Source: Acidobacteriota bacterium
GTDB lineage: Bacteria > Acidobacteriota > UBA890 > WLXD01
Assembly (NCBI GenBank): GCA_963666055.2
Contig: CAXWPH010000014.1
Coordinates: 160,001-224,000, forward strand
DNA: 64,000 nucleotides
Direction of reading: 5' to 3'
Shown here: positions 10,264 through 19,810 of the stretch, piece after piece
How the letters are laid out: each line of letters opens with the position of its first letter
How positions within the stretch are numbered: the first letter of the stretch is position 1
Notes under the pieces: model-generated
Database searches by the model: none
Seen by the model: only the letters and a program-made list of their open reading frames with translations
Told to the model about the DNA's origin: nothing
Position numbers and translations under genes: made by a program

Positions 10264-11721
10264 ATGGCCAAAGACCGAGCATCTGACGATTCGTTCGTCA
10301 CCGAGATCACGCCGAAGTCCGAGGACTTCTCGCGTTGGTATACGGACGTCGTCCGCCGTGCCGAGCTTGCTGATTACTCGCCGGTCAAGGGGTGCATGGT
10401 CATCCGACCCTATGGCTACGCGTTGTGGGAGAACGCTCGCGACCTGCTCGACGCCCGCTTCAAGGCTACCGGACATCAGAACGCCTACTTTCCGTTGTTG
10501 ATCCCGGAGAGCTTGCTGCAAAAGGAGGCCGAGCACGTGGAGGGGTTCGCGCCCGAAGTCGCGTGGGTCACACACGGCGGTGACAACGAGCTCGAAGAGC
10601 GCCTCGCCATCCGCCCCACATCCGAGGCGATCATTTGCAGCATGTACAGCAAGTGGGTGCAGTCCTGGCGCGACCTACCAGTGCTGATCAACCAATGGGC
10701 AAACGTGGTGCGCTGGGAGAAAGTCACGCGGTTCTTCCTACGTACCACGGAGTTCCTCTGGCAGGAGGGGCACACCGCGCACGCTACTGCGGAGGAGGCA
10801 CAGGAGGAGACTCTGAAGATGCTCGGCGTCTACCGCGACTTCCTGGCGGAGGACCTCGCCATTCCGGCGATCCCGGGTATCAAGACCGATCGTGAGAAGT
10901 TCGCTGGTGCCGACCGCACATACACGGTCGAGGCGTTGATGTCCGACGGACGCGCCTTGCAGGCCGGAACCTCGCACAACCTGGGACAGAGCTTCGCTAA
11001 GGCATTCGATATCCGCTTCGAGGACCAGAACCAGGAGCTCCAGTATGTCTGGAGCACCTCCTGGGGCATGTCCACTCGAATAATCGGCGCGCTCATCATG
11101 ACGCACGGCGACGACTCCGGATTGCAGCTACCGCCGCGTGTCGCTCCCTACCACGTGGTGATCGTTCCCATCCGGGCGGGCTCCTACGAGGAGGAGGTGC
11201 TGCCAGCCGCCAGGGCGCTGCGCGACCTGCTCGTCACCGCCGGCCTTCGTGTCTATCTCGACGACCGCGACGAGCATACTCCCGGCTGGAAGTACAACGA
11301 ATGGGAGATGCGTGGCGTGCCGCTGCGCGCCGAGATTGGTCCGCGCGACGTCGCCAAGGGGCAGACCGTGCTGGTGCGTCGGGACACGCGTGAGAAGAGC
11401 TTCGTGCCGGTGGACCACGCGCCCTCGACCGCCGCGACATTGCTGGACGAAATTCAGACTTCCATGTTGGAGTCGGCGCGCGCGTTTACTGCCGACAACA
11501 CCCATGAGGTGGACAGCTACGACGCTTTCCGCGAGATCATGTCGGGACGGCGCGGCTTTCTGAAGGTGAACTGGTGCGGCGACCCCGACCTCGAGGCCCG
11601 CATCAAGGAAGAGACCTCGGCCAGCATCCGCTGCCTATTGCTCGACGAAGAGCCCCGTGGGCCCTGTTTCTATAGCGGTGGGCCCGCCAAGCACGTGGCG
11701 TTATTCGCCAAGGCCTACTGA
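10264..11721 (+). CDS. proS: Proline--tRNA ligase (archaeal/eukaryote-like type)
   Basis: DFSRWYTDVV, IRPTSE, NQWANVVRWE, EFLWQEGHT, C-terminal FAKAY. Confidence 0.96.
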   Translation: MAKDRASDDSFVTEITPKSEDFSRWYTDVVRRAELADYSPVKGCMVIRPYGYALWENARDLLDARFKATGHQNAYFPLLIPESLLQKEAEHVEGFAPEVAWVTHGGDNELEERLAIRPTSEAIICSMYSKWVQSWRDLPVLINQWANVVRWEKVTRFFLRTTEFLWQEGHTAHATAEEAQEETLKMLGVYRDFLAEDLAIPAIPGIKTDREKFAGADRTYTVEALMSDGRALQAGTSHNLGQSFAKAFDIRFEDQNQELQYVWSTSWGMSTRIIGALIMTHGDDSGLQLPPRVAPYHVVIVPIRAGSYEEEVLPAARALRDLLVTAGLRVYLDDRDEHTPGWKYNEWEMRGVPLRAEIGPRDVAKGQTVLVRRDTREKSFVPVDHAPSTAATLLDEIQTSMLESARAFTADNTHEVDSYDAFREIMSGRRGFLKVNWCGDPDLEARIKEETSASIRCLLLDEEPRGPCFYSGGPAKHVALFAKAY

Positions 11722-11722
11722 A

Positions 11723-12283
11723 TCAGGCTCGTAGCAGCGCTTCGATCGTCGCCGCCACTTCATCCGGCAGCAGCCCGGCGTCGACGACCAGGTCCGCCTG
11801 CGCATAAATCGGCTCCCGTTGCTCGAGCAGCGCCCGGGCAGCCGCCGGATCGGGCCACAGCGGTCGAGTGCCTCGCGCACGCACCTCGGCAGAGCCGACC
11901 CGCCGCTGCAGCTCGGCGAAGTCGCATCGCAACCATACCGACGTCGCCATCTGTGCCGACAGCTGGCGGTTCTCCGCCGCCATGTGGGCTCCGCCACCCA
12001 GGGCAACGACAGTGCGTGGTTTCTGGGTCGCCTGACGGAGGACGAATGTCTCCGTTTGCCGGAAGCTCTCCTCGCCTTCCTCGGCGAAGATCTCGGCGAT
12101 CGAACGGCCGGCGTGCCGCACGATAAGAGCATCGAGATCGAGGAAGTTCCATAACAGGCGGCGGGCTAGCAACTGTCCCACGGTACTCTTGCCGCACCCC
12201 ATGAAGCCCACCAGGTGAACCTGCCGCTTGCCACGTGCATCGTGGTGCATCGTGACAAGGCTTTCGGTGGCATCAGCGGTCAT
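11723..12283 (-). CDS. aroK: Shikimate kinase
   Basis: LVGFMGCGKSTVG, DLD, EGEESFR, ALGGG, RPL. Confidence 0.93.
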   Translation of the reverse strand: MTADATESLVTMHHDARGKRQVHLVGFMGCGKSTVGQLLARRLLWNFLDLDALIVRHAGRSIAEIFAEEGEESFRQTETFVLRQATQKPRTVVALGGGAHMAAENRQLSAQMATSVWLRCDFAELQRRVGSAEVRARGTRPLWPDPAAARALLEQREPIYAQADLVVDAGLLPDEVAATIEALLRA

Positions 12284-13581
12284 CGACGGACGACCAACCT
12301 CAGTTGCTCATAGAAGCCGGGATACGACACCGACGCGGCGTCGGCACCGAGGACCTCGATGGGGCCGCTCGCCGCACCGGCGACAGCGGCCGTCGCCAGC
12401 GCAATGCGATGGTCTCCGCAGGCATCGACGGTCCCGCCCATCAAGCCCTGACGGCCGGGTACGGCTAAACCGTCTGGGAACTCGTCGACCTGCGCGCCCA
12501 GCGCCCTCAGGGCCGCACAAACTGCTGCAATACGGTCGCTCTCCTTGACCCGCAGCTCGGCGGCGCCACGAATTTCCACGCCCTCCTCGGTCAGCGGTCC
12601 CAGCAACGCCAGCAACGGCAGCTCGTCGATCAGCGCTGTGACCGCCCCTGCATCTATGACCCCGCCTCGCAGGCCACCGGCATGGCGCACATGAAGCAAC
12701 GCGCAGGGCTCGCCGTGCCAATCGGACTCGGGCTCGAGCTCGATCGTGGCACCCCAGTCGCGCAGCACGTCAAGCACCGCCGAGCGCGTTGGATTGACAC
12801 CCACACCTGGGAGCTCCAGCTCCGCTTGTTGGGCAACGCTTGCAGCTGCAACCCAGTAGGCAGCCGACGACACGTCACCTGGCACTCTGCCGTGCAGCGG
12901 TCCGAGCTGTGGCCGTGGGCGCAACCTCACGCCACCGTCAGCTGCGTCGCCGCTAATCTCCGCTCCCATCGATGCGAGCATCCGCTCCGTGTGGTCGCGT
13001 GAGAGCCGCTCCTCGTGCACCACGGTGTCGTCGGCGGCGCGCAGCCCGGCCAGGAGCACACAGGACTTCACCTGAGCCGACGGCACCGGCGTTCGATATG
13101 TGACCCCGCGTAGCTGCGAGCCCTCAATGATGAGCGGTGGACGGCCACCCTCGCGCGTGCTCACCGTCGCACCCATCGCCCGCAGCGGCTCTGCAATACG
13201 CTCCATCGGGCGACCGCGCAGCGACCGGTCCCCGTCCAGCGTGGTACGAAACTGATTGCCGGCCACCAGGCCAGCAAGCAGCCGCATGGTCGTACCACTG
13301 TTACCGCACGGAAGCGGATCGGCGGACTGCCGCAGCCCGTCTATCCCCGCACCGCGCACCCGCGTCGACCCATCGGACGAACCCTCGTCGATCTCGATAC
13401 CGAGTTGCCGCAAGCACACCGCGGTCGAGCGCACGTCCTGTCCCCGCGATAGTCCATCAATGTGGCTCGTTCCAACCGCCACCGCTGCCAGCATCAGCGC
13501 CCGATGGGAGATCGATTTGTCACCCGGAACTTCGATCCGACCGTGCAGGCCAGCCGCAGGTTCGAGATCCCAACGATCCAT
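12280..13581 (-). CDS. aroA: 3-phosphoshikimate 1-carboxyvinyltransferase
   Basis: PGDKSISHRA, CGNSGTTMRL, SAQVKS, RDHTE, ELRVKESDRI, DHRIA. Confidence 0.96.
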   Translation of the reverse strand: MDRWDLEPAAGLHGRIEVPGDKSISHRALMLAAVAVGTSHIDGLSRGQDVRSTAVCLRQLGIEIDEGSSDGSTRVRGAGIDGLRQSADPLPCGNSGTTMRLLAGLVAGNQFRTTLDGDRSLRGRPMERIAEPLRAMGATVSTREGGRPPLIIEGSQLRGVTYRTPVPSAQVKSCVLLAGLRAADDTVVHEERLSRDHTERMLASMGAEISGDAADGGVRLRPRPQLGPLHGRVPGDVSSAAYWVAAASVAQQAELELPGVGVNPTRSAVLDVLRDWGATIELEPESDWHGEPCALLHVRHAGGLRGGVIDAGAVTALIDELPLLALLGPLTEEGVEIRGAAELRVKESDRIAAVCAALRALGAQVDEFPDGLAVPGRQGLMGGTVDACGDHRIALATAAVAGAASGPIEVLGADAASVSYPGFYEQLRLVVRR

Positions 13582-13599
13582 GGGCGGTGTCAGTCCGGG

Positions 13600-13710
13600 C
13601 TATTCACCGCGGTCGCGGTCGATCCGTGCCGAGCGCCACAACAGCAACCCGAAGCCGCCCCATATGAACCCGAGAACGAACAGCATCATGACAATCGCGC
13701 CTGCGTCCAT
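13600..13710 (-). CDS. Small single-TM protein, probable MetS-like small subunit of the NSS transporter (36 aa; not in the ORF track)
   Basis: MDAGAIVMMLFVLGFIWGGFGLLLWRSARIDRDRGE*; GAGGA SD; starts 2 bp after the NSS stop; hydrophobic segment plus WGG. Confidence 0.75.
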   Translation of the reverse strand: MDAGAIVMMLFVLGFIWGGFGLLLWRSARIDRDRGE

Positions 13711-13712
13711 CG

Positions 13713-15206
13713 TCAACTTCCTCGACTAGGGTCTGGTGCTGTCTCGGCGCCCAGCGTCGCGGTGGCGATTCGATCGTTGAGCAGCCAGAAGATGAAGAAG
13801 GCGACTCCCCACTGCAACAGGCAGGTTCCCAGGCTGAACGAAGCGAACGGGTTCCACCAGTCCGGCTCGCTGATGGCAGCCTGATACAACCACCAGGTGA
13901 TCAGAATCAAGAACTGAGCCGGCACTACCCAACGCAGCAAGACGTCGAACCAGCGACCGATCGGCAGGTCGTTGCGAGCCGGTTCGATGAGCTCGCGCCG
14001 GAAACGCGCCGCACCGAAGCGGTTCACCGCCACGGCAAAAAGAAAGCCCGACACCATCAAGCCAATGCCCCAGACATTGTCCTGGTTGACAAGGAAGTCG
14101 GTGCTGAGCGACGCCGGTAAGCCGAATAGGAAACCACCCAGCGTTACGAAGAGCACGGCGCGCCCTCGGCTGAGGCCGGCGTCGACGAACAGGCGCGACG
14201 ACATTTCGATCATCGCCACCAGTGAAGATATCGCCGCTACGACCAGCGCCAGGAAAAAGAGCACCAGTGAGAGCTGCCCGAAAGGCATTTGCTGGAACAG
14301 CTCGGGAATCCACAGGAAGCTCAGCGCCGTGTTCCCTGGACCTCCGAGCTGCAACAGCTCCTCGGCCGGCGGGCTACCGGGGTTCGACGGCGCCAACGCG
14401 AACACCGAGCAGATCACCATGATGCCGGCCAACAACGAGGCGGCGTTGTTACCAAAGCCGATGGTCAGCGAGTTCATCACGATGTCGTCGCGATGGCTGG
14501 TGTAGATCGAGTACGTCAGCAACAGTCCGTAGCCGGCGCCGGTCGACCACGCCGACTGCGTCAAGCCCTCGAGCCAGATCCGGTAGTCGAGCAGGGCGCT
14601 CAGGTCGGGGTTGAAGAGAAAGTTCAGACCGCCGATCGCTCCCGGAAGGGTAACCGCCCGCACCGCCCCTGCCACCAGCAGCAAGAACAGCAGCGGGATC
14701 ATCACCTTGCAGACACGCTCGATGCCGGCGACGCCGCGATAGACGATAGCCCCGGCGCAAGAGATCGCCACCAGGTGGAAGAAAACCGATTCGCTCGGCG
14801 ATGCCTGAAACGCCTCCCAGAACTCACGCCCGCCCTGCTCGAGCACCTTCCCGGTGAGCGCTCCGAACAGGTACTTGAAGCACCACCCGGCGATCACCGC
14901 GTAATAGAACATGATCGCCATCGAGCAGAAGCCGACGAAGCTTCCCATCCACGAGGCGTTGCGTCCCACCAGCCTGCCAAACGCGCCGACGGCGCCCTTC
15001 TGCGCCTGCCGCCCCATGGCCGTCTCGACCATCAGCAACGGGATCGACCACAGCAGCAGGAACACCAGCCAGGGGATGAGGAACTCCCCGCCGCCGTTCT
15101 GTGCCGCAACACGTGGAAATCGCCAGATGTTGCCGGTGCCGACAGCCATCCCGATCGCCGCCACCAACAGACCGAACCTGGAAGTGAACTGCTCCTGTGT
15201 CTTCAT
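13713..15206 (-). CDS. Sodium-dependent NSS (SNF) family transporter
   Basis: FTSRFGLLVAAIGMAVGTGNIWRFP, NGGG, QSAWSTGAGYG; many TM segments; ATG 15206. Confidence 0.93.
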   Translation of the reverse strand: MKTQEQFTSRFGLLVAAIGMAVGTGNIWRFPRVAAQNGGGEFLIPWLVFLLLWSIPLLMVETAMGRQAQKGAVGAFGRLVGRNASWMGSFVGFCSMAIMFYYAVIAGWCFKYLFGALTGKVLEQGGREFWEAFQASPSESVFFHLVAISCAGAIVYRGVAGIERVCKVMIPLLFLLLVAGAVRAVTLPGAIGGLNFLFNPDLSALLDYRIWLEGLTQSAWSTGAGYGLLLTYSIYTSHRDDIVMNSLTIGFGNNAASLLAGIMVICSVFALAPSNPGSPPAEELLQLGGPGNTALSFLWIPELFQQMPFGQLSLVLFFLALVVAAISSLVAMIEMSSRLFVDAGLSRGRAVLFVTLGGFLFGLPASLSTDFLVNQDNVWGIGLMVSGFLFAVAVNRFGAARFRRELIEPARNDLPIGRWFDVLLRWVVPAQFLILITWWLYQAAISEPDWWNPFASFSLGTCLLQWGVAFFIFWLLNDRIATATLGAETAPDPSRGS

Positions 15207-15450
15207 CGCCAGCGGCTCTGAATCGAGTCTCTGTAATTTGCTGATTTCAAAAGATTTATCCATCCGATCGTTTGCCGGGTCGCCTCGGCCTTGGTGAGGC
15301 GGGCAGAGCAACCGGGGCGAGCGGGCGGATTCTAGCCCGTCGCTGGCCGTCGTGCGACTGGCGCCGGCTGGCCAACTCAACCGCGACCGCACGCCGTCCG
15401 AATCGATCCACGTCCCGGCGAAGCCCCGCCCTCATCCGGGTTGGCACCCT

Positions 15451-15600
15451 TGAATAGGCTAACTTAGTTAAACATTGACAAGATCAGAATCACGACTCAT
15501 TAGAATAAAAACAGTATTTCAAACTAGTCTTCAATAGTTATAGATAGATTAAAATAGATTTGAATATTAATAAATAGTTAACGCTTGTTATGAGTTGTTC
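15451..15600. promoter_or_regulatory. AT-rich divergent regulatory region
   Basis: About 26% GC by hand count; palindrome TAACT-T-AGTTA (15460-15470), TTGACA (15475-15480), repeated ATAG(T/A)T motifs. Confidence 0.5.
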
Positions 15601-15859
15601 TGGACTGCTTTGATGCGCACTGATCTGCCGAGGGCCGTCGGACGATTCCGCGGAACGCCGCCCCAACCACGACCCGGGAGCCGCGGCGCGCAAACGCCGC
15701 GCAGCCTCTCCCAGTTGCCGAATGCCGTATGCTGCCCGATCAGTGCCCGACGGCGCTGGCAACATACGCGCAACTGGCCCAGGCATCTGCGCCGCCCGCG
15801 GGAACTCTGTCTCATTAGGAAACGATCGGGACAGGGGCCGCTCCGGAGCGAGGACGACC

Positions 15860-17020
15860 ATGGATTTCTCACTGACCGACGAACAAGAGCTGATCATCGA
15901 GAGCACCCGCGAGTTCGTGCAGCGGGAGCTGCTGCCGCACGAAGACCTTGTCGAAGAAGCCGACGAAGTCCCGGACGAGCTATACGAGCAAGTCAAGCAA
16001 CGCGCCCTCGAGCAAGGGCTGTACGCCGCCGATATCCCCACCAAGTACGGCGGGGGCGGGCTCGACCCACTCTCGTTCACATTGCTCGAGCGCGAGCTCG
16101 GCTGGGCCTCCTACGCCCTGCAGTACATCGTGCACCGCCCCTGCAACATCCTGCAGGCGGGAACGGACGAGCAGATCGAGACCTACCTGAAGCCGACCGT
16201 ACGCGGTGAGCGCCTCGACTGCCTGGCGATGACGGAGCCCGCCGCCGGATCGGACCTGCGCGGCATGCAAACAACCGCCAAGAAGGACGGCGACGACTAC
16301 GTCATCAACGGCTCGAAGATCTACATCAGCTTCGGCATGCGCGCCGACTACGTAATTCTATTCGCGGTCACCGGCGTCACCGAGACGCCGCGCGGACCGC
16401 GCAACGAGATCTCCACATTCCTGATCGACAAGGGCACGCCGGGCTTCGAATGGCAGTACGGCGGCAGCTGCGTGTCGCATCGCGGCTACGACCACGCCGA
16501 GCTGTTCTTCGACAGCTGCCGCGTGCCCGCGACCCAGATGCTGGGCGAGCCCGGCGAGGGCTTCAAGCTGGCAGGGGTGTGGCTGTCGCCGGCGCGTCTG
16601 TCGATGGGCGCTCTGTGCGTCGGACGAGCCAAGCGCGTGTTCCAGATGGCGTCCGAATGGGCGGCAACGCGTAAGCAATTCGGCAAGCCTATAGGCCAGT
16701 TTCAGGGAACGGGCTTCAAGATCGCCGACATGGCGGTGCAGATCGAAGCCGCCGACATGCTCACCCTCAAGGCGGCGTGGAAGTGCGCCCAGGGCACGAT
16801 GACAGACCGGGATGCTGCGGTAGCGAAGCTCCACGCCAGCGAGATGCTCGCCATGGTCACCGACCATGCGGTGCAGATCTACGGCGGTATGGGGGTGATG
16901 AAGGAGATGCCCATCGAGCGCTTCTGGAGAGACGCGCGGCTCGACCGCATCTGGGACGGCACCAGCGAGATTCAGCGCCACATCATCGCGCGCTCGATCC
17001 TGCGGCCGCTGGAAGGCTGA
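15860..17020 (+). CDS. Acyl-CoA dehydrogenase
   Basis: MDFSLTDEQ, AMTEPAAGSDL, RKQFGKPIGQFQ, QIYGGMG, RIWDGTSEIQR. Confidence 0.93.
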   Translation: MDFSLTDEQELIIESTREFVQRELLPHEDLVEEADEVPDELYEQVKQRALEQGLYAADIPTKYGGGGLDPLSFTLLERELGWASYALQYIVHRPCNILQAGTDEQIETYLKPTVRGERLDCLAMTEPAAGSDLRGMQTTAKKDGDDYVINGSKIYISFGMRADYVILFAVTGVTETPRGPRNEISTFLIDKGTPGFEWQYGGSCVSHRGYDHAELFFDSCRVPATQMLGEPGEGFKLAGVWLSPARLSMGALCVGRAKRVFQMASEWAATRKQFGKPIGQFQGTGFKIADMAVQIEAADMLTLKAAWKCAQGTMTDRDAAVAKLHASEMLAMVTDHAVQIYGGMGVMKEMPIERFWRDARLDRIWDGTSEIQRHIIARSILRPLEG

Positions 17021-17067
17021 TCACGGCGCAGGCCCGAATACGCGCCGCCCTGCGTACACAAGTTCGT

Positions 17068-17241
17068 ATAGCAGGCCGTGGTGGAAGTGTGCCGTAACCC
17101 TCCGGGCGATAGCGGGTTGCGCGCGTATGCTGTGTCGTTCGTCGTCAACGATGGGCTAACCATCGCCTCCTCCTTTCTCCTTGCCTCCGCCTCGCAAGAC
17201 CCTGTCGCCAGGCCCGCCACACTTCCACCACGGCCTGCTAG
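17068..17241. mobile_element. MITE family A, internally deleted copy at the thiE stop codon
   Basis: TAGCAGGCCGTGGTGGAAGTGT...ACACTTCCACCACGGCCTGCTAG; the body matches 7161-7311 but lacks the first hairpin module. Confidence 0.88.
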
Positions 17242-17897
17242 CGGGCGCCGCGATCGCCCAGGCCACTGACCGCGCTCTCGAGAACGGCGCGGGCCGCGCC
17301 CAGCGGATCCGCCTGCGCCACCACCGCCGAGAGCACGGCGACGCAGTCGGCGCCGGCGGCAGTGACACCACGTGCATTGGTCGCGTCGATACCGCCAATT
17401 GCCACCAGCGGCTGATCGGTGAGTCGACGCGCGGCGCGCACGTGCTCCAGGCCGACGGCGGATCCGGCGTTTGCCTTGCTACCGGTGGCGAACACCGGAC
17501 CCACCGCAAGGTAGTCGATCGGCAGCTCGCCAGACCCCTGAACGTCACCGAGAGAGTCGGCCGACAGCCCCAAGCACTCCTCTGCCAGTAGCCGTCGAGC
17601 CCGCTCGACGGGCATGTCGGTCTGGCCGATGTGGGCGCCGACGCCAGTCAGCGCCGCCGCGACCCCGACGCGGTCGTTGAGCAGCAGATAAATACCCAGC
17701 GAGTCGCACAGGCGCTCGGCAACGCTAGCGGCGGCGAAAAACGCGTCGTCGGTGGCGTGCTTGTCGCGATACTGCACCCATTCCGCACCGGCCTCCGCGA
17801 GTGCCTCCAGGGTCGGCGACAGCGGCCACCTCGCGATGCCCGGGTCATAGATCGGCAGCATCGCCGGAATTCGGCCGGTGACCCATGGCAGCGGCAT
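17238..17897 (-). CDS. thiE: Thiamine-phosphate synthase
   Basis: VQYRDK, LLNDR, GAHIGQTD, GPVFATGSK, VAIGGI. Confidence 0.92.
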   Translation of the reverse strand: MPLPWVTGRIPAMLPIYDPGIARWPLSPTLEALAEAGAEWVQYRDKHATDDAFFAAASVAERLCDSLGIYLLLNDRVGVAAALTGVGAHIGQTDMPVERARRLLAEECLGLSADSLGDVQGSGELPIDYLAVGPVFATGSKANAGSAVGLEHVRAARRLTDQPLVAIGGIDATNARGVTAAGADCVAVLSAVVAQADPLGAARAVLESAVSGLGDRGAR

Positions 17898-17903
17898 CGA
17901 CGC

Positions 17904-19259
17904 TCAGACTTGCGGCCCGGCCCCGGGCAGGATCTCGTCGATGAGGTGAGTATCGTAGTCGCCGGCAACGAACCCGGGATGGTCCAAGACACGCCGAAGT
18001 AGCGGGATATTCGTCTTGATTCCCTCGATGATCATGAGCTCCAGGCAGCGGCGCATGCGCGCCAGAGACTCGGCCCGGTCGCGCCCGTGGACGATGACCT
18101 TGGCGATCATGGAGTCGTAGAAAGGCGACACGTAGTAGTCCTCATGTGCCGCCGTGTCGACGCGCACTCCCGGACCCTTGGGAACATTGAAGGCGGTGAT
18201 CTGACCCGGGCAGGGAACCAGCGTCTCGGGATCCTCCGCGTTGATGCGACACTCCATGCTGTGGCCGCGGAACTCGATCTCGTCCTGGGTGTACTGAATC
18301 GGCAGGCCAGCCGCGATCCGAATCTGCTCCTTTACGAGATCGACAAGCGTCACCGCCTCGGTGATCGGGTGCTCGACCTGGATGCGGGTGTTCATTTCCA
18401 TGAAGTAGTGCTTGCCATCGCCGTCAACGAGAAATTCCATGGTGCCAGCGGACACGTACTCGAGCGCCGACGCTCCGCGCACCGCGTCGGCCAGGATGTT
18501 CTCGCGTTGCTCGCGGTCTAACGCCGCGGTTGGCGTCTCCTCGACGATCTTCTGGTACTTGCGCTGTACGCTGCACTCCCGTTCGCCGAGGTGTACGAGG
18601 TTGCCATGCGTGTCCCCCAGGAGCTGCACCTCGACATGGCGCGGGCGCGCCAGGTACTTCTCCATGTACATCTCACCGTTGCCAAACGCCGCCTCCGCTT
18701 CGCGCGAGGCGGTCCGGAACGCGGCCGCCAGGTCGTCGCCCCTCAATACGATGCGCATGCCGCGCCCACCGCCCCCGGCCGACGCCTTGAGCAGCACCGG
18801 GTAGCCGATCTCCTCGGCGATCACGCCCGCGACATCGGGCCCACCGACGGGACCGTCGCTGCCCGGGAGCATGGGCAGACCGGCCTCGAGCATCAGCCGC
18901 TTGGCTTCGACCTTGTCGCCCATCCGACGAATATGGTCTGGACGCGGCCCGATGAACTTGAATCCGCAGGTCTCACAGACTTCCGCGAAATGCGCGTTCT
19001 CGGAAAGAAACCCATAGCCCGGGTGGATGGCGTCGACCTTGAGCGCCTCGGCGGCAGCGATCACCGAGGCAATGTCGAGATACGACTCCGCCGCGGGGCC
19101 GGGGCCGATGCAGATATCCTCATCGGCAAACTTCACGTGCAACGAGTCGCGATCAGCCTCCGAGTAGACGGCCACGGGGCTGATGCCCAGCTCGCGACAG
19201 GCCCATATGACCCTTAGCGCGATCTCGCCACGGTTGGCCACCAAGACGGATTTGATCAT
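17904..19259 (-). CDS. accC: Acetyl-CoA carboxylase biotin carboxylase
   Basis: VLVANRGEIALR, HPGYGFLSEN, GGGGRGMR, EMNTRIQVEHP. Confidence 0.96.
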   Translation of the reverse strand: MIKSVLVANRGEIALRVIWACRELGISPVAVYSEADRDSLHVKFADEDICIGPGPAAESYLDIASVIAAAEALKVDAIHPGYGFLSENAHFAEVCETCGFKFIGPRPDHIRRMGDKVEAKRLMLEAGLPMLPGSDGPVGGPDVAGVIAEEIGYPVLLKASAGGGGRGMRIVLRGDDLAAAFRTASREAEAAFGNGEMYMEKYLARPRHVEVQLLGDTHGNLVHLGERECSVQRKYQKIVEETPTAALDREQRENILADAVRGASALEYVSAGTMEFLVDGDGKHYFMEMNTRIQVEHPITEAVTLVDLVKEQIRIAAGLPIQYTQDEIEFRGHSMECRINAEDPETLVPCPGQITAFNVPKGPGVRVDTAAHEDYYVSPFYDSMIAKVIVHGRDRAESLARMRRCLELMIIEGIKTNIPLLRRVLDHPGFVAGDYDTHLIDEILPGAGPQV

Positions 19260-19297
19260 CGAAGCATTCCAAAGGCACGGCCGCAGACAGCGACGGG

Positions 19298-19750
19298 TCA
19301 GTCAGGCCGGACGGCAAAGAGCTCCTGGCCGTACTCTACTGGCTGGGCATTCTCGTGCAGCACCGCGACGAGCTCTCCGCCAACATCGGAGGTGATCTCG
19401 TTCATCAGCTTCATGGCCTCGACAATGCACAGGGTCTGGCCCTCTTCGATGCGGTCGCCGACCTGTACGAACGACTCCGCCCCCGGCTCCGGGCCCAAGT
19501 AGAACGTCCCCACCATCGGCGACCGAATCACGTGTGCGCCGCCGTGGTCGGTAGCAGCGACGTCAGCATCGCCATGCCCTGCGCCCGCCGCAATCGTGCT
19601 TGCGGCGGATACGATGGGTGTGGCGGCGGCGAAAACCTGTGGCTCGGGGCGTCGAATGCGTAGGCTTACCCCATGCTGCTCGATCTGCAACTCGGCCAGA
19701 TCGTGCTCGATCATCAGGTCCACGAACTCGCGAATGCGATCGATATCCAA
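19298..19750 (-). CDS. accB: Biotin carboxyl carrier protein
   Basis: SPMVGTFY, biotin site EAMKLMNE. Confidence 0.95.
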   Translation of the reverse strand: MDIDRIREFVDLMIEHDLAELQIEQHGVSLRIRRPEPQVFAAATPIVSAASTIAAGAGHGDADVAATDHGGAHVIRSPMVGTFYLGPEPGAESFVQVGDRIEEGQTLCIVEAMKLMNEITSDVGGELVAVLHENAQPVEYGQELFAVRPD

Positions 19751-19810
19751 TGCCGGTCTCCAGTATAGGCGGACCTCAGAATACCACCGGTAAGGTGGAG
19801 CTTCACACGC

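Noticed and set aside
15451-15600. Replication origin or dif site
   Set aside because: No good TTATCCACA boxes, no dnaA/dnaN nearby and no XerC/D consensus were seen.
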